Assembly (NCBI GenBank): GCA_013239625.1
Contig: MU056050.1
Location: 3,582,084-3,646,083 of the forward strand
DNA: 64,000 nt
Reading direction: 5' to 3'
DNA from: Lama guanicoe
Lineage: Eukaryota
Shown here: positions 24,623 through 38,985 of the stretch, one piece after another
Position numbering within the stretch: the stretch's first letter is position 1
Layout: each line of letters begins with the position of its first letter
Position numbers and translations under genes: made by a program
The notes under the pieces: generated by a model
What the model was told of the DNA's origin: nothing
What the model saw: only the letters and a program-made list of their open reading frames with translations
Database searches by the model: none

Positions 24623-25779
24623 CATAGGCTGTCACAGTCAAACATAATTGGCATCTCTGTGGTGCACCCATAGATTGGCACCAGGAGACTTACACTTTCT
24701 GTCCTTTCTTTGCTAGACCTATGGTATTGCAGAAAGCCTGAACCTGGAATCACTTTTTTTCAAGAAGCTTTGTGAAGAAAGGAAACAGAATTTGAAATTT
24801 TTCGCTACGTCGGATTCTGCTGGCTTTCCACAAAACAAGTTCTAAAGTGCTTGCTTTATTAATTAACTTATGACTGCCTTACACAATGATGATTTGGCTT
24901 ATTTGAAGATTTTTGACCATAGGGTTAAGAAAAGTCTTTTCACTCAAAATCCCACAATCACCATTAGGTTGCCAAGGAAAAAATATAAAAGTTTTGTTTT
25001 TGTTGTTGTTGTTTTGTTTTTGCCAAGCTTGCTATTCTGAAAGAGGGGATTGGAAGCAGGCAACTCTACAAAGTTTGCAAACTTGGACAAACTTCTGCTG
25101 GATGGAACCAAGACTGCCAAACTTGGTCAATTTTTCTACTGGCAGAAATTTGCTCGTATACAAAAACATTACCAAATTCTTTAAAAGCCCCCGCTCAGAT
25201 GATGTTGAAATTGAAGTATTGATTTATAAACACTCCCTTTGTAAAGTGGACAGCATCAATAAAGTAAATTCTGACAGAAGATAGCTTTATTCATTTGAGA
25301 ACAAATGACATGTTGGGACATGATTTCAACTGGAAGAATCTTGGAGAATTCTGAGGTTCATTGACACAAGCTTATTCTCATCTGGCAAAGCTCTGTGATT
25401 CAATTTGCTATTTCACATATTTTGTCAATCAGAGTTTTTAACACTTGGGGCCATCAAAGTCACTTCATGACTCAAATTACATGTGCTGCCGTCTAAATTT
25501 TAAACTTTTATTTGAAACAAAGACATTCTTATTGAAAGTTACTTTTGAGCAGAATTCAAATTTGCTTTCTGTTTTATTTTCAGAACTTCAATGTGTTTTC
25601 ATAAGTGAGGGAGACATACTTAAAAAAATTTATATTATCTTTATGTGAAGGAAACAATATAATTATTATCATTTTCTGGAAGATGAACAACATTTATGTC
25701 AGATTCTCAGAGATATCTGCATAAAGAGGTTAGAAACCTCATCATTAAGTTTTCTTTTTTTAAAAAAGTATTTTTTATT

Positions 25780-26220
25780 CCTCCAATAGTTTCATATCTA
25801 GGAATTTACCCTGAGGAAATAATGAAAATAATAAAAAAAATTATATATAAATTTAAGTATCAAGAGGTATAAAGTGTTATTTATAATAATGAAAACTTAA
25901 AAGCAACCTAAATTCTCAATATTAGGGGAATGTTAAAAAATTTATGGAATGTCCATATGAAAGAATATTATATAACCATTTAATATTATATTTAAAAACT
26001 TTTAAAATAACATAAGAAGTTATATAATCTTAAGTTAAAATGATATAAAATAATATATTTCAACTGTATAAAAGTTATAGAAAAATTTGGAAAAACGTTT
26101 GCTGAAATTTTAGGAGTGACCATCTCAAGATGTAGGTTTATGAAAAGACCATTTCTTTTCCTTGAAACATTTTTATAAAATTCACAAAATGACTATACCT
26201 TATTTTTGTAATCAATGTGG
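25780..26220 (+). mobile_element. Old L1 (L1ME-like) 3' fragment
   Basis: ctaggaatttaccctgaggaaata..aagcaacctaaat..taggggaatg..aaagaatattat. Confidence 0.65.
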
Positions 26221-26344
26221 AACACATTAAATAGGAAAAAAATGATCCATACAAAAAGGGTTTGGCACAGCAATCATCTTATAATATATATATATTACTT
26301 TGAAAATCTTTTTAATTAAAGAAATAATATGCTCTAAAGAAACA

Positions 26345-26656
26345 ATAATTCAGAAGACAAATTTTATTCATCCTTCAGCATTAGGCAGTCATTTAGACAC
26401 TGAAGCATCAAGTACTGATGGGTTTTTTTTGGATTTTGTGACAGACACATATGAAATTCTGGTTTTCAGGAGCTGTACATTAACAATGAACACACAGAAC
26501 TCATAGATTTTTTGTTTGTTTTCAATGCAAGTCTAAGATATTTTGGAATTCGAACTCCTCAAATAATCTGCAGTCACATGCCACCGAAATATGGAAAGAA
26601 AAGTGTGGCAAGTATCTATTTTTAAATCACGGCAATTCTTCCTGGAGCATTTCCAC
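26345..26656 (-). other. Candidate 3'-terminal exon of an unidentified transcript
   Basis: Minus strand: pyrimidine tract atttctgtatttttgtgctttcag, short open tails (GNAPGRIAVI* or xEMLQEELP*), AATAAA at 26363-26368. Confidence 0.3.
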
Positions 26657-27827
26657 TGAAAGCACAAAAAATACAGAAATCTAAGTCAAGCGCATTTGGG
26701 AATACAGAAGAATCTCAAGCAACATAATCTCTCATCAGCTAGATGTGTTCAGATAGGTCGGTAGAATTTTGCCTATGGCTACATGAGCTGTTTTGCCCTA
26801 GAGACATCAGTTTCAATTCTCTCTTTGGGATTCACTGGTGTACAAAGTTCTTCAGAGGATTCTTTTTCTCACTAGAAATACATTCTCTCCTTTGCCCACT
26901 CCATCCTCTTATCCCTCAAAAATCTAAGCCATTTACTTGGAATTTTCATAAAGCTAGATATTGAAAAGGGTCCAAAAACTGTTATGGAAGAAACCACATC
27001 ACAAAAGCATGGAAACAATTTGTTACATAAGAGTTTAGAGTGTAGAGATGTATCATCTGATATATGTGGCTCAATTTAAAGGAAATAAAATTGATGAAGG
27101 GTGGGCACGATGATATATTAAAATTTAGTAAAAGACACAAACATTTAATTAATTAAAACAAATCTCATGACAGTGTTGTCAGTGAGTGACTTCAGCTCTT
27201 CAATTTCAGGTTCAATGTTAAAAATAACTTAATTTTACCCTTCAAAAAACATTCATGGGTCACCACTGAATGGCATTAGTACCTTGGTTATTATTAAAAA
27301 CAAATGAACAAACAAAACTATAGGGTATGTGGTTTGTTTCATGTTCATGTTGGATTCAAGTAAGTCAGGCAGGACAGGGTAGGGCCTGCAGACTGGAGTT
27401 TAATGTTACAGTAACTGACTGTGGCGAGGACAGGGAGGAGCAGACTAGGTGCTTGTGTGGGAGTGGGTGAGTGTGTAGGAGGTAGGTGGTGGGTGAGGCT
27501 CACCAATCTCTAACAGAATTCAACTAGAATGTTACTATCAAATGAAAATCATTCTATCACTTCTTAGAAAAAGCTATCATCTCCCGAGGAAAGAGCTGGA
27601 GAGACAACTCATTGAATGGTCGACATACACAGTCAGATCTACAGAAGTGGTACCTGAAACACAGAGGCAAAGGAACCAAGAACCAGGAATATAAAGGCAG
27701 CAGGGTGAAAAGCAAATACAATTAAGGTCACGCAAGAGGCATGCCAAAGTAAATTATACTGTGTAGAGGGGGAGGGCTGAGAACTGAACCCTCAGAATAG
27801 AGATTCAAGGATAGAAAAGAATAGTAC

Positions 27828-28183
27828 TGTCATGGACTGAGTTTTGTCTCCCCCAAATTCATAGCCCTAACTCCCACTGTGACTGTATTTGGAGATAGAC
27901 TTTTAATGAGGTAATTAAGGTTAAATGAAGTCATAAGAGTAGGGCCCTAATCCAATAGGACTGGTAGCCTTTAGGAAGAGTGAAAGACACTAAAGATCTG
28001 TCTCTATGCAGAGGACAGTAAGAAGGTGGCCATCTACAAGTCAAGAAGAGAGCTATTGGCAGGAATCAACCCTGCTGGCACTTTGATCTTAGACGTCGAG
28101 CCTCCAGACTGCGAGAAAATATATTTTTGTTGTTTAAGCCACCTCAGTCTATGGTATTTTGCTGTGGGAGCCCAAGCAGACTG
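27828..28183 (+). mobile_element. MaLR solo LTR (MLT1A0/B)
   Basis: tgtcatggactgag..gtatttggagatag..gaggtaattaaggttaaatga..ttgtttaagccacc..agcccaagcagact. Confidence 0.85.
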
Positions 28184-30059
28184 CTCCATGAACCTGAGCG
28201 GCTAGAGAAGAGCCAAAAAGATAGCTGATTCTGATGGTGAGCTCATCTGAAGCTCTGAGTTGGGGGCTCTTACCTCTGGCTCTTCTGGTTTATTAGGGCT
28301 GAGAGGTGCCTCAAGGCTATGTTAGGTGGGTTCTGATAGCCACTTTTTTCAGTAATAGCATTCTTCCAATTCTGAGAACTGAGGACTTCTAAAATAAATT
28401 TTCATTTATTGGATTTAAAGTGATTTTGTAATAAATCTAACGGTAACAACAGATAAAGGTACAGGGATTAAAGCAAAAGTAGACATATTTTCATAGTAGA
28501 GAGTATAGGCATATTAAGGATATGAAAATTGAGAAGAGAAAATGTTATTTGTGTGTCACACAGATAGACAGCAGCACTGGAGGACCTGTATAATGAGCCC
28601 CATAAGAATTAGATATTATAAAGAATGACAGAAATCATCTTCTAAAGAATAGTTTTAAAATAGTCCTACTAAATGAGATTGGCACTCTAAGGAGAAAGAA
28701 AGACAATTAGTAAAGGGAAAATTTTTCCTTCCCTCCATAAATACAAAGGCACAAAGAACTCTGTTAGAACAGCAATTACAGCAATTCTTCCCAGAACATC
28801 AGTTTTATGATTTACAGGAACCCATTCTGACCCTTAGAGAAAAGATTAACACCTTCTGTGAGATGAAGAATTGAGAATTCAGGCACAATGAATACATACT
28901 CTATACAGAAGAGGGGTGGAGGGGAAGAATAAAAATGGTAAGAGTTCTAGTAATCTCAGAGTCATGAACATGATGCAAAGAGAGTACATATCGTTTTTTG
29001 TACACGAAGGTGGCTTCTGTGGCTCATTTATTAAGGGAAGTGTTGTTTCTCTCCTAGACAAGAGGATACTGTGTTTTGAGCCCTCCACGTTCCCCTAAGT
29101 ACATGCATTTGCATAGTGGCTGATGAGGGGGGTAACCACGTCAAGGCAAAAGAGATTTTTCTCTCTGATTACCAAACAGCCTAGAAAAGGAACAAATCGG
29201 CAATTCTATACTCTAGCGTACATTAGGCAGACTAACTAGTCCAGGCCAGGAGGGAGAAAGTCCGCTAGTAAGAATATTTAGTAATATGACATTTATAATT
29301 AAACTTTATAATATTTTACCATATCAGCTTTTCCTTCTCAGGAATGAGTTTCTTTTAAGAACACAGAAACTACATATTGAATAATTAATATGTTTGACTA
29401 AAATTTCTTTCATCTGCATGGTTTAATATACATCACCATCCAAATTTCTTAGGCTTTGTCAGCAAATTCTTTTTTCTTGGTATTCTTCACAACTTATATA
29501 AATGTGTACATTCGCTTTTCTGTGTCCTAAAAATAAATTGCTACCTTCTTACTAATTGGAAAGAAAAAATGATACTGCTTTGTTTACCACTCATACTAGG
29601 CACAGTGCCAGCAGGGCATAAAACCCAAGAAGGAAGAGATAGACCATAATATAAACAGTCTAAGTCTGTACTACCATGAAATAATGAATTATTCTAGGAA
29701 AGAGGCAAGAAAAAATAAATTGTCATTACTTTCACCTCTAGCCTTTTGTGTTGAAATAGACCAGATGTTTCTACAATAACCTAAATGAGAAGATTCATAA
29801 TAAAAAAATATTGAAGTTTATTAAGGCTAGTCTAGGATTTAGGGCCAGGAAGATTCAAACTTGATTCCTTAACATTATTTGAAAGTAGGAAGCAGTGTGG
29901 AAGGCAGGGTATTTCTGATATATTAGATAGTGCTCTTTTTAAGAGTAGAGCTTTAAATATAAGTTCTTTACTCTGCAGCCTGTAACATTTTGCTTTTCCT
30001 TTGCATAAGAGTATATACTGCTTTCAAAGTCTTCTCATGTATTACACTTGTTAAATGCA

Positions 30060-30185
30060 GAGTGTAAGATGATCTCCTAGGGCAGAGATCTTTGTTTTAT
30101 TGATGGGCGTTTTTCTCCAGTGCTTAGAACAGAAACTGGCACATAGTAGAAACTTAATAAATATTTATTAAACAATTGAAGTGTA
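30060..30185 (+). mobile_element. L2 3' end
   Basis: agggcagagatctttg..cagtgcttagaacag..tggcacatagtag..aataaatattt. Confidence 0.65.
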
Positions 30186-30321
30186 TGTTTTTGTCCCAAC
30201 TGAGATACAAGCTCTTCATCAACAGACCCTTGTATGAAAGTAGTTTGTAAGTATGCAAAGCATTGTAAATACTATAATCATCATAATTCTATGCCTTTGT
30301 ATCTATATATGGACACTCAAT

Positions 30322-30500
30322 CAATGGTGCTTAAGGTTTGGGGGTAACATATTCCTTCGGGAATCTGATAAGAGCTATACATCATTTTCCTAGAGAAATG
30401 TATGTTTCTATACATTTGCAGACTGTTTTAGGGAGTTTAAGAACCACACCTCTGAAACTGTCCATGTAACCTTGTAGGATCCACAGATCCCATTCAGAGT
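30322..30500. mobile_element. MER117-like hAT MITE
   Basis: ggggtaac..ttcgggaatctgataagagctat..cctagagaaatg. Confidence 0.55.
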
Positions 30501-31729
30501 TCCTTAACAAACCAAGAAAACAAAAATGAAGTGGGTCCTCCAGGGCAGGACTAAGGACCATTGGCAAAAAAACTAAAGACAGTAGAAGAGCACTTTAGTT
30601 ATCTGACAGGAAACAAGGCAGGATATCTCCGGAAAGCTAACTGTTTTGGTTGGGTTGGGTGGCTAGAGAGAATCCACATGCTTTCCCCTCTATTCTGAAG
30701 AAGACACTGAGCCTGGGGTACCTGTACAAGTGTTCCACTATTCCAAGGACTTATTTCACCTGCTTTGTGGAAGTCACCTCACCCTCAATATGACTCTAGT
30801 TTCTATATTCTTTGGTACTTGACACATGCTTAGAAATTGACTAAGTATACATGTAAAACATGTCAGGGTCTATAAGTACAACTATGATTGAACAAAAACT
30901 GTTGAAAAAGAACATAGTCTTATTGCTATTGCCCAGTTTTATTCTTGGCAATCTGTCAATTTTGAACTGGCATGTTCTGCCCTTCTGTGTGCATTCATCC
31001 CTATGGCTCTCTGGTAACTACTTTTTATATTAAATTTCACTGTAAAGTCTAGTGCTTTCTCCATCTGCATGGCTGATGCAATATTTCTGATTCTAGAATG
31101 TTAAACAATGGAGCATACTGTTTCAGTTAGAGAGAATAGAAGCTCTTTAAGTATGAAAATGCAGCTCCATATTTTAAAAGATAATAACATTCCTAACTTT
31201 CATTTATCAATTTCCAACATTTAAAAATCTCAATGATTTACAGTATTGAAAGACAATGTACAATCAGAATTTAAATATTTGATAAAAATGATGAATTTTC
31301 ATCCATCAAATACCATAATCAAAACAAAGGCAAGACATCCATTATATAAATTAATAATAACCCTTAAAAATTTTTTTTATTGCTCCGTCACTCATTTCTC
31401 TCTACCATGTATTCAGCTTTTGTTGTTTTTAAAAGGATTTATGTCTTCAGATGGGAGATAATGCATGAGATAAGATCATAAGATCTTTCTGAATTCTGGT
31501 TGAAGCCAATCTGTTATTGTCACTATTTTATCAGAAGGATTTGAGACAGAATTGTGTGACTAAATGAAGCCACATTATGATTCCTCTGACCTAAAAGGCA
31601 TTTTTCTCAATGAATTATAAGTAGCTAACATTTCTTTAGTGTTGACCCATCTTTCTTTTTTCCCCTTTACTAAGAGTCTCTTCTATCCATACTACACTGA
31701 ATTTTCTACTTTTAAAAGTAAACAGGAAG

Positions 31730-32155
31730 AGAGAAATTCTGTTCCTTGGAGAAGAAAAGAATCTAGCTATGGAAGGAAACTAGGCCTACCAAAAGAACAG
31801 AATTCATTCCCCAGTTAGCTTTGCCAGTTTTGAAAGAGCCAAAGGTAATATTTGTGAGTTGCCTATGTCTCAAGAATTCAGTGCCTGGATTAGAGGAAGA
31901 ATATATACCCTTTGGAATTATGATGATGAATATGTCAAAATAAGAAAATTATGCTTTCATTCTGTGCCTTATCTTTTAAGGAAGTTTATAAAGGAATATA
32001 GGAGGAAGCAACAAATGTGGAAACACCAGCATTGTATTCCTCGCTCTGACAGTAATTTGTGTGATTCTGATGTCACTCCATTCCTTGCTCTGTAAGGGTA
32101 TAGAGTCAAACTAGATGATTAAGGTCATTAAGCCCTAAAATTACTTGATTTTAGG
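31730..32155 (+). mobile_element. Possible CR1/L3 3' remnant
   Basis: ttggagaagaaaaga and aactagatgattaaggtc..taaaattacttgatt resemble the L3 3' end. Confidence 0.35.
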
Positions 32156-32739
32156 ACCTGGAATTCCAGCTGATTCATGTATTAGAAAGAAAGATTGTGA
32201 GAATTTCCAACTTAGATCATTGTTACATTGATTTGCACAAATTGTAAGCCAAATTGGATTAACCAAAATACATCACTAATGGTATAATTTAGCATAGTTA
32301 GACTTGTGTCTATCATATGAACTTTGGTGGGGACATTATCTTTCCATAATGTATTATAAACTCTCTCAGGAGAACTTCTCATCTGATTCAAGTCTCAGGT
32401 GAAACTGAACTTCTGAGCAAACAATCCATTATTATAAAATGAATACTATGATAGCACATACTAAGGAACTGATCAGATTTCCCTCTTTGCATTGGCTACT
32501 AGATAGCTAGAGCTTATCTGTAATATATGTATGTATGGTACGCATTTTTGTATTAACTTCATTCTTAGGTTTCATTTTATGTTGCTCTCCTTGATTTGCT
32601 TTTCCACATCTTTTGTGCCTATGTTTAATTCATACTGCCTTGTTTTATGGTATGCATCCTTCTACACTACTTTAGCCTTTTAGGAACAAAGAAGGTTATA
32701 AATAAAGAGTAGTCTGTTTATAGGTTGTTAACTGAAGTG

Positions 32740-33250
32740 GTTTGTCACTACTACTGCTATAACAGATGCCATAACAAGTTTGTATAATAGCTTAAACAAT
32801 ATAAATTTGTTATCTCATAGTTCTGTGGGTCAGAAGTCCAACATAGGTCTCACTGGGATAAATTCAAAACATAAGCAGGGCTGCATTCCTTTCTGGACAC
32901 TCTAGAGGAGAATTCATTTCCTCTACTTTTTCAATTTCTAGAAGCTGCCTGCATTCTTTGGCTCATGGTTTCTTTTTCCATGTTTAAAGTAAGCAAAATC
33001 ACATCTAGCTGATAATTATTCTGTAGTCATATCTGCCTCTCATTACTTTCTTAAAGGGTTCTACACTTTTAAGGACACTTGTGATTATATTAGGCCCACC
33101 CAGATAATCTGGGATAATCTCCCATCACAAGCTTCTTACTTTTAATCAAATCAGCAAATTACCTCATGTCATGTAAGGTAGTATATACGAAAGTTATAGG
33201 TATTAAGACATGGACATCTTTAGGGGAGAGCTATTATTATGCCTACTACA
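32740..33250 (-). mobile_element. MaLR solo LTR (MLT1C/D)
   Basis: gttctgtgggtcagaagtcc..cagggctgcattcctttctgga..ggcccacccagataatc..gacatggacatctttaggg..gcctactaca. Confidence 0.85.
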
Positions 33251-33304
33251 TTAACCTTGACTAGCTTTTAAAGAGAAAAAGAAAAAGTTAAGAAGAAATA
33301 GTTA

Positions 33305-33857
33305 TATGCACTCTAATATTCATAGCAGCACTATTTATAATAGCCAAGACATGGAAACAATCTAAATGTCCATCGACAGATGATTGGATAAAGAAGCTGT
33401 GGTATACATATGATGGAATACTACTCAGCCATAAAAAAGAATGAAATAATGCCATTTGCAACATGGATGGACCTGGAAATCATCATTCTAAGTGAAGTAA
33501 GCCAAAAACAGAAAGAAAAATACCATATGATATCACTCATACGTGGAATCTAAAAAAATGACACTAATTCACTTACAAAACAGAAACAGACTCACATAGA
33601 AAACAAATTTATTGTTACTAGGGGGGAAAGGGGGTGGAAGGAATAAGTTGGGAGTTCAAGATTTGCAGATACTAACTACTAAATATAAAATAGATAAACA
33701 ACAAGCTTATACTGTATAGCACAGGGAACTATATTCAATCTCTTATAGTAACCTATAAGGAAAAAGAATATGAAAAAGAATTTAACTATGTACAAAAATG
33801 ATTGAAATATTATGCTGTACACCAGAAATTGACACATTGTAAACTGACTATACTTCA

Positions 33858-33904
<47 letters not shown>
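33305..33904 (+). mobile_element. Medium-aged L1 3' end with tail converted to (TA)n
   Basis: atagccaagacatggaaacaa..ccatttgcaacatggatggacc; degenerate TSD aagaaatagtta / aagaatagtta. Confidence 0.9.
33863..33904. repeat. (TA)21 microsatellite
   Basis: Direct reading. Confidence 0.95.
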
Positions 33905-33907
<3 letters not shown>

Positions 33908-33984
33908 AATAGTTACATTTTTATTCATAATTAAATACTGAAATCTCACATGACATTTACTATGGATCAAGAAAGTAGTGCTTG

Positions 33985-34772
33985 CTGTTGGTGGGACTTT
34001 AGTACAGCTAAATACTTTAGTTAGTACAGCCACTATGGAAAATAGAATGGAGATTCCACAAAAAATTAAAAATAGAACTATCATATTATCCATATTCTCA
34101 ATTCTGTGTATATATCTGGAAGAAATGAAATCACTATCTCAGAGTTATCTACACTTCATGTTTATTGCAGCATTAGTCACAATAACCAAGACATGGAAAC
34201 AACCTGTGTCCATCAACAGATGAATGGGTAAAGAAGATATGATGTATAAAATACATATATATGATTATTATTCATTCATAAAAAAGGAGATCCTGCCATG
34301 TAGGACAACATGGATGAACCTTGAGGGCATTATGCTAAGTGAAATAAGTCAGACAAAGAAAGACAAATACTGTATGATCTTACTTATGTGTGCAATCTAA
34401 AAACTCTGAACACACAGAAACAGCAAAATGGTTGTTGCCAGAGGCAGAGGGGTCGGGGATATGGGGAGATGTTGGTCAAAGGATATAAACTTCCAGGTCT
34501 AAGATAAATAAGTTCTAAGGTTGTAATGTACATGATGACTGTAGTTAACAACACTGTACTGTATACTTGAAAGTTGCTATGAGAGTAAACTTCAATGTTC
34601 TCACCACCACCACCATAAAATGTTAACTATGTGAGGTGAAGGAGGTGTTAACTAACCTTATTGTGATAAACATTTCACAATATATACATATATCAAATCA
34701 TCACATTGTATATCTTAAACCTACATATTATTTTATGTCAAATTTACCTCAATAAAGCCAGAGGAGGGGAAA
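33985..34772 (+). mobile_element. L1MA9/10-like 3' end with 16-bp TSD
   Basis: gacaacatggatgaaccttgagggcattatgctaagtgaaataagtcagac; TSD aagaaagtagtgcttg (33969-33984) / aagaatgcagtgcttg (34773-34788), 14/16. Confidence 0.85.
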
Positions 34773-35889
34773 AAGAATGCAGTGCTTGGATTAGAAGGAG
34801 AAAATATGCTCTTATAAATCTTTAATACCAGAATAAGAAGGTTATAGGAAAACCTGGACTAAATTAATAAAATAAAGTTCTTCTATAGAATTTTTAAATG
34901 TTGTATATCAGGAAACCTTAGTTTGAGAAATAGACTGATCTGAAGGGTTGGTAGAATACACTTGCAAGGAAACTATTTTCATGGATCCTGGATTAGAAAT
35001 GAGGTTGGGCTCATCACTGGCAAAGATAAAATTGTGGCAAATAAGCATTGTCTGAAGGACAACAATCAGTTTCATACGGGTAGATTGACTTTGTCACTTT
35101 CACTATCCCATTGTCCAGTCCTCATGTTCTTCTGCCAGGGTCCTAAGGAGAGGAGCTGCAATAAACTATTTAAAATCTGCTTCACTAAATCTCTGTAGAA
35201 CTTTGTAAAGTGATAGATATGTTCTTCATTTGTAGCCACAGCACCCTGAACAATAAACCAAATCAGTCTACAGGGGGCATAAAAGAGAAGCCAAAGAGGA
35301 CATCATCCATTTGGGCACTTGTAATTGCAAGTGAGATCTATCAGTTATAGTAGCCAGAGGAAGAGAATGACAGAACACATCCAAGATTACCCTCTAGAGG
35401 ACTATGATCTTGAGGGCACCGTGTGATAATCAAGCAATGTACATATTCACGTTCATGTGAGATATTCCTCAGGGACTCACTGAATGGAGCAAGTTGAAGG
35501 AAGCAGGAGTTCCAGCAATTCTACAAGTGCCAGCAAGGCCAGAGATATGCTTTGTTATTGTTATTGGGCCCCAATTATGAACTCATGGGTTGTACTAGCA
35601 TTATTAGTGCAAGCACAAGAATTAGGTTCTAGTTCTGAATATGATACTAACTTGTTGTGTGATCTTGGACATGTTTGTAATATGAGGGATTAGGACTAGA
35701 TAGTCCCTGAGTCCCTTCAACTCTAAATTACAATGTGTGAGATGTGAAGTTAATACATTCACTAACACAGACTAATTGTTAACAGAGTACTGCCAAATAC
35801 AAGCTCTCTAAAATAGTTTAGAATGACTTACAGAAACTTACTCATATGCACATAGTATTATCAAGGAGACTTACACAGGAGGAAACACT

Positions 35890-36330
35890 TGGAGACATCT
35901 CAAAAACACAATGTTGAATGTAAAATACAAGGTACATATAATACAATTATTTTATGTAAATTTAAAAACCACACAAAAATGCATGTATGTATATAAAAAT
36001 AAATAAATAAAAACCATACAAGACAATATCATTATGGGTATGTGTAGAAATAGTAAAAGCCTAAAAAATGATGTGCAGGAATAATATATACATAACTTCA
36101 GGATAATGAAACCTACAGAAGTTGGTTCCTGGGATGGGGGTGAGACTGAGATGTATCTGTAATACTGAGTTCTTCTTGAAGGAAGAGTTAGAATAAAACA
36201 CAGCAAAGTTTAATACTGAAAATTGGTAATGTAAAAATATTAATATTATAAATACTATTTTTGACTGTTTAAGATATTTTATACTGAAAATAATAATCTT
36301 TAAAAGAAAAATGACTGTAAGAGATACATA
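35890..36330 (+). mobile_element. Old L1 3'UTR fragments (L1MD/L1ME-like)
   Basis: ggagacatctcaaaaacacaatgttgaatg..ttcaggataatg. Confidence 0.5.
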
Positions 36331-36335
36331 CTAGA

Positions 36336-36579
36336 CAGGGGTTGGCAAACTGTTGCCCATGGGCCAGATCCAATCAGGATCTGTTTTTGTATGACCTTTG
36401 AGCTAAGAATGTTTTTTACATTTTAAAAGGTTCGGTAAAAACAAAATTCAAAAACAAAAACAAAAACAAAAACAAAAACAAAAACAAAACCCCCTACAAA
36501 ACTGACAGAGATCTTATGTGGCTCACAAAGACTAAAATATTTATTATCTAGCCCTTTACAGAAAGTTTGCCAATCCCTG
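36336..36579. mobile_element. MER58B-like hAT MITE containing (AAAAAC)n
   Basis: TIRs caggggttggcaaact / agtttgccaatccctg; gagctaagaatgttttttacatttt. Confidence 0.8.
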
Positions 36580-38947
36580 CTGCCTAAAATATTAGTTGTA
36601 GGTATTTCTGAGTTATTAAATTATTGAAATTTTTGATTTTGATTTTTCTCTTCCTGCTTTTGTATCATTCCCCAAATTTTCCATAGTGCTTTTATGATGG
36701 AAATAAAAACAAAGTGATTTTTTTAAAAGAGTTGAAAAGTGTACTTGCTTATCAAATTGCACATTTCCTCGGTTATCTGATTCAAACCAGCAATTACACA
36801 GAAAATCTTTCTTTCAGTTATTACAAAGGCAAACTTCAATCCCAAATCCATTTTGATCATCAGAAATTTGAATTTGGGATTTCCAGATGAATGAGGTATT
36901 AATGCTTCTGATAATAATGATGGTGCAAAAGTTCTGTTTCAGATGAGTACAATTTCTTTTTGGAGCCCGAGGCTAGGCCCCCTAACCTCTTCAAATCTCT
37001 TCCCACCCCCTGATTCATCATCACTGATTTTTATCTCCATCAGGAATTTCCAAGGAGCTCTTATTCTGTGCTACTGACACACAGTGAAATAGTGTTAGAA
37101 TTTTTGATTATTTACGTACCTAAATGTTATATAAATGTTTCCACTTGCTCTGCTATGCAAAAGATCTATAATAGAAATAGAACTCCTGAGAGTTCACCTG
37201 ACATTTTTTATTTCATAAATGTTTTTATTAGCTACATTCCCATATCCTTGAAACACCTTGCGACTTGGAGCAGTGTTTTCTATGCAACATGATTAACTTC
37301 CTCTATATCATGCACACATATTCAATTAAAAAAAAAAGATTTGAACAAATGTGTACTATCCTTTCCCAGAACTTTCCAAGGGTGTATGAATTTCCTGTAA
37401 ACCAATATCTGAAATATGAAGGCAGTGAGAAATTCTTTGCCAGTAAAAGCCCTGCAAAATACTTTGGGGAAGAGTGTGGCCTATAACTGAAGAAAGTAGA
37501 GTGCAGTCTAAGTATTGTTTTAAACAATGTTTTCAATGTGGGTATCTCAAAAAGGATACTTTATAAGCATAATGCATTTTAAATATTCCAAAATCTCAAA
37601 GATAAGCATATCTAGATACACAAAGTACTAGCACATAGCACTTTCCTAGAAAGTGCATGTTACTGTAGGTTGTACTTTTATAGATTTTGGCTCTGAGGTT
37701 TGGGACATATTCATGTGGGAAATGGAATGAATGAATAAAAGAATTATAAAATGCTAAATAGCTTACTCTTTCATTGATTCATTTGAGAGTTACTTCCCTA
37801 TATAATTTCTTCATGCCTCAGTGGAAGAATTGGTTCCATAGAGTTTATCTTTTTATGTAATAAATAAAAATATTAATGTATGCATACTGGTGCATACTCA
37901 AAATTCTCTTTATAGAACGCAAAGCTTTAAATATATTTTTTTCCATTGAGCACAATGCCTTCATTATTTTTCTATTTTTAATTAAAAATATTCAGTCATT
38001 TCCACTCAAGTGTATCTTTTTGAAATTTTAGTCAGATGCCCCACTGCTTTGATATATCACGCCTAATTCTCACAATCTTTTTACATAGTAAATCAGTCAT
38101 TTTATATTTTGCCAGATATATTGTTATAAATTCTAAAGAATAAGCATTTCCTCATGTTAGAGGTTAGAAAAAAGATACTGCTTCTTTTCTTTTTCCCTTT
38201 TACTCTTTCTTTCTCCTTTTTTAATCAAAAGACTCAATTCTTTGAACATACATAATACAATTCTAATTCAAAGGTGAATCCAGGGTGAACACTGAATTCT
38301 GACTCTTGTGAAAGACATTATTATAAGCACTATTATATTTCAAGTAAGATGGATCTTGGAAATCACCCATCTACTAACTGATAGAATTGAAAAATCTTTG
38401 TATACCAGATTAAATACATATTTCAAAAAAAATCCGCAAAATAAAATAAATACATATATATTCCAGGTAGTAACAGGATGATAAATATATTTTAATATCC
38501 ACTTAAACATTTATATGAACAGGTCTCCATATATGTCAAAGAAGAGATACGATTTTTATATGTAAGGGAGTGATAACATGTAAAGCCATTTGATTTACCA
38601 AGGTAGAAGTAAATGATTCAATCATATCAATTACTCAGTAAAACTTGCATTTTTAACATAAAATATTTCCATCTATACTGATAAGTGAATGGAAGAACAC
38701 TAAATGTTAACGGTTGTTGTCTCTAGGCAGAAGGATTTGGAGACTTATTTTTCTTTTTCCTTACCTGTTTTTCTAAATAGAAGAAAAGTTGCTTTTTTCA
38801 AAAAGAAAATTAAAAACAGAGAGAGAACAACAAAATTCAATTAAAATCATACTTCCATTTAAAAACAATTAGATGGCAATACTATAAATATAAAAAATAT
38901 AAGAAAAAATGAAATATAACAAGAATAACAAATACTCATCTGGGAGG

Positions 38948-38950
<3 letters not shown>

Positions 38951-38984
<34 letters not shown>
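38951..38984. repeat. (CA)17 microsatellite
   Basis: Direct reading. Confidence 0.95.

Positions 38985-38985
<1 letters not shown>

Noticed and set aside
24688..24770. Minus-strand exon (ttcacaaag acceptor to gtaagt donor)
   Set aside because: Stops in all three frames from that acceptor; it cannot be supported without transcript data.
31859..32095. 78-aa ORF with splice-like signals as an exon
   Set aside because: No recognisable protein similarity; it overlaps a probable CR1/L3 remnant.
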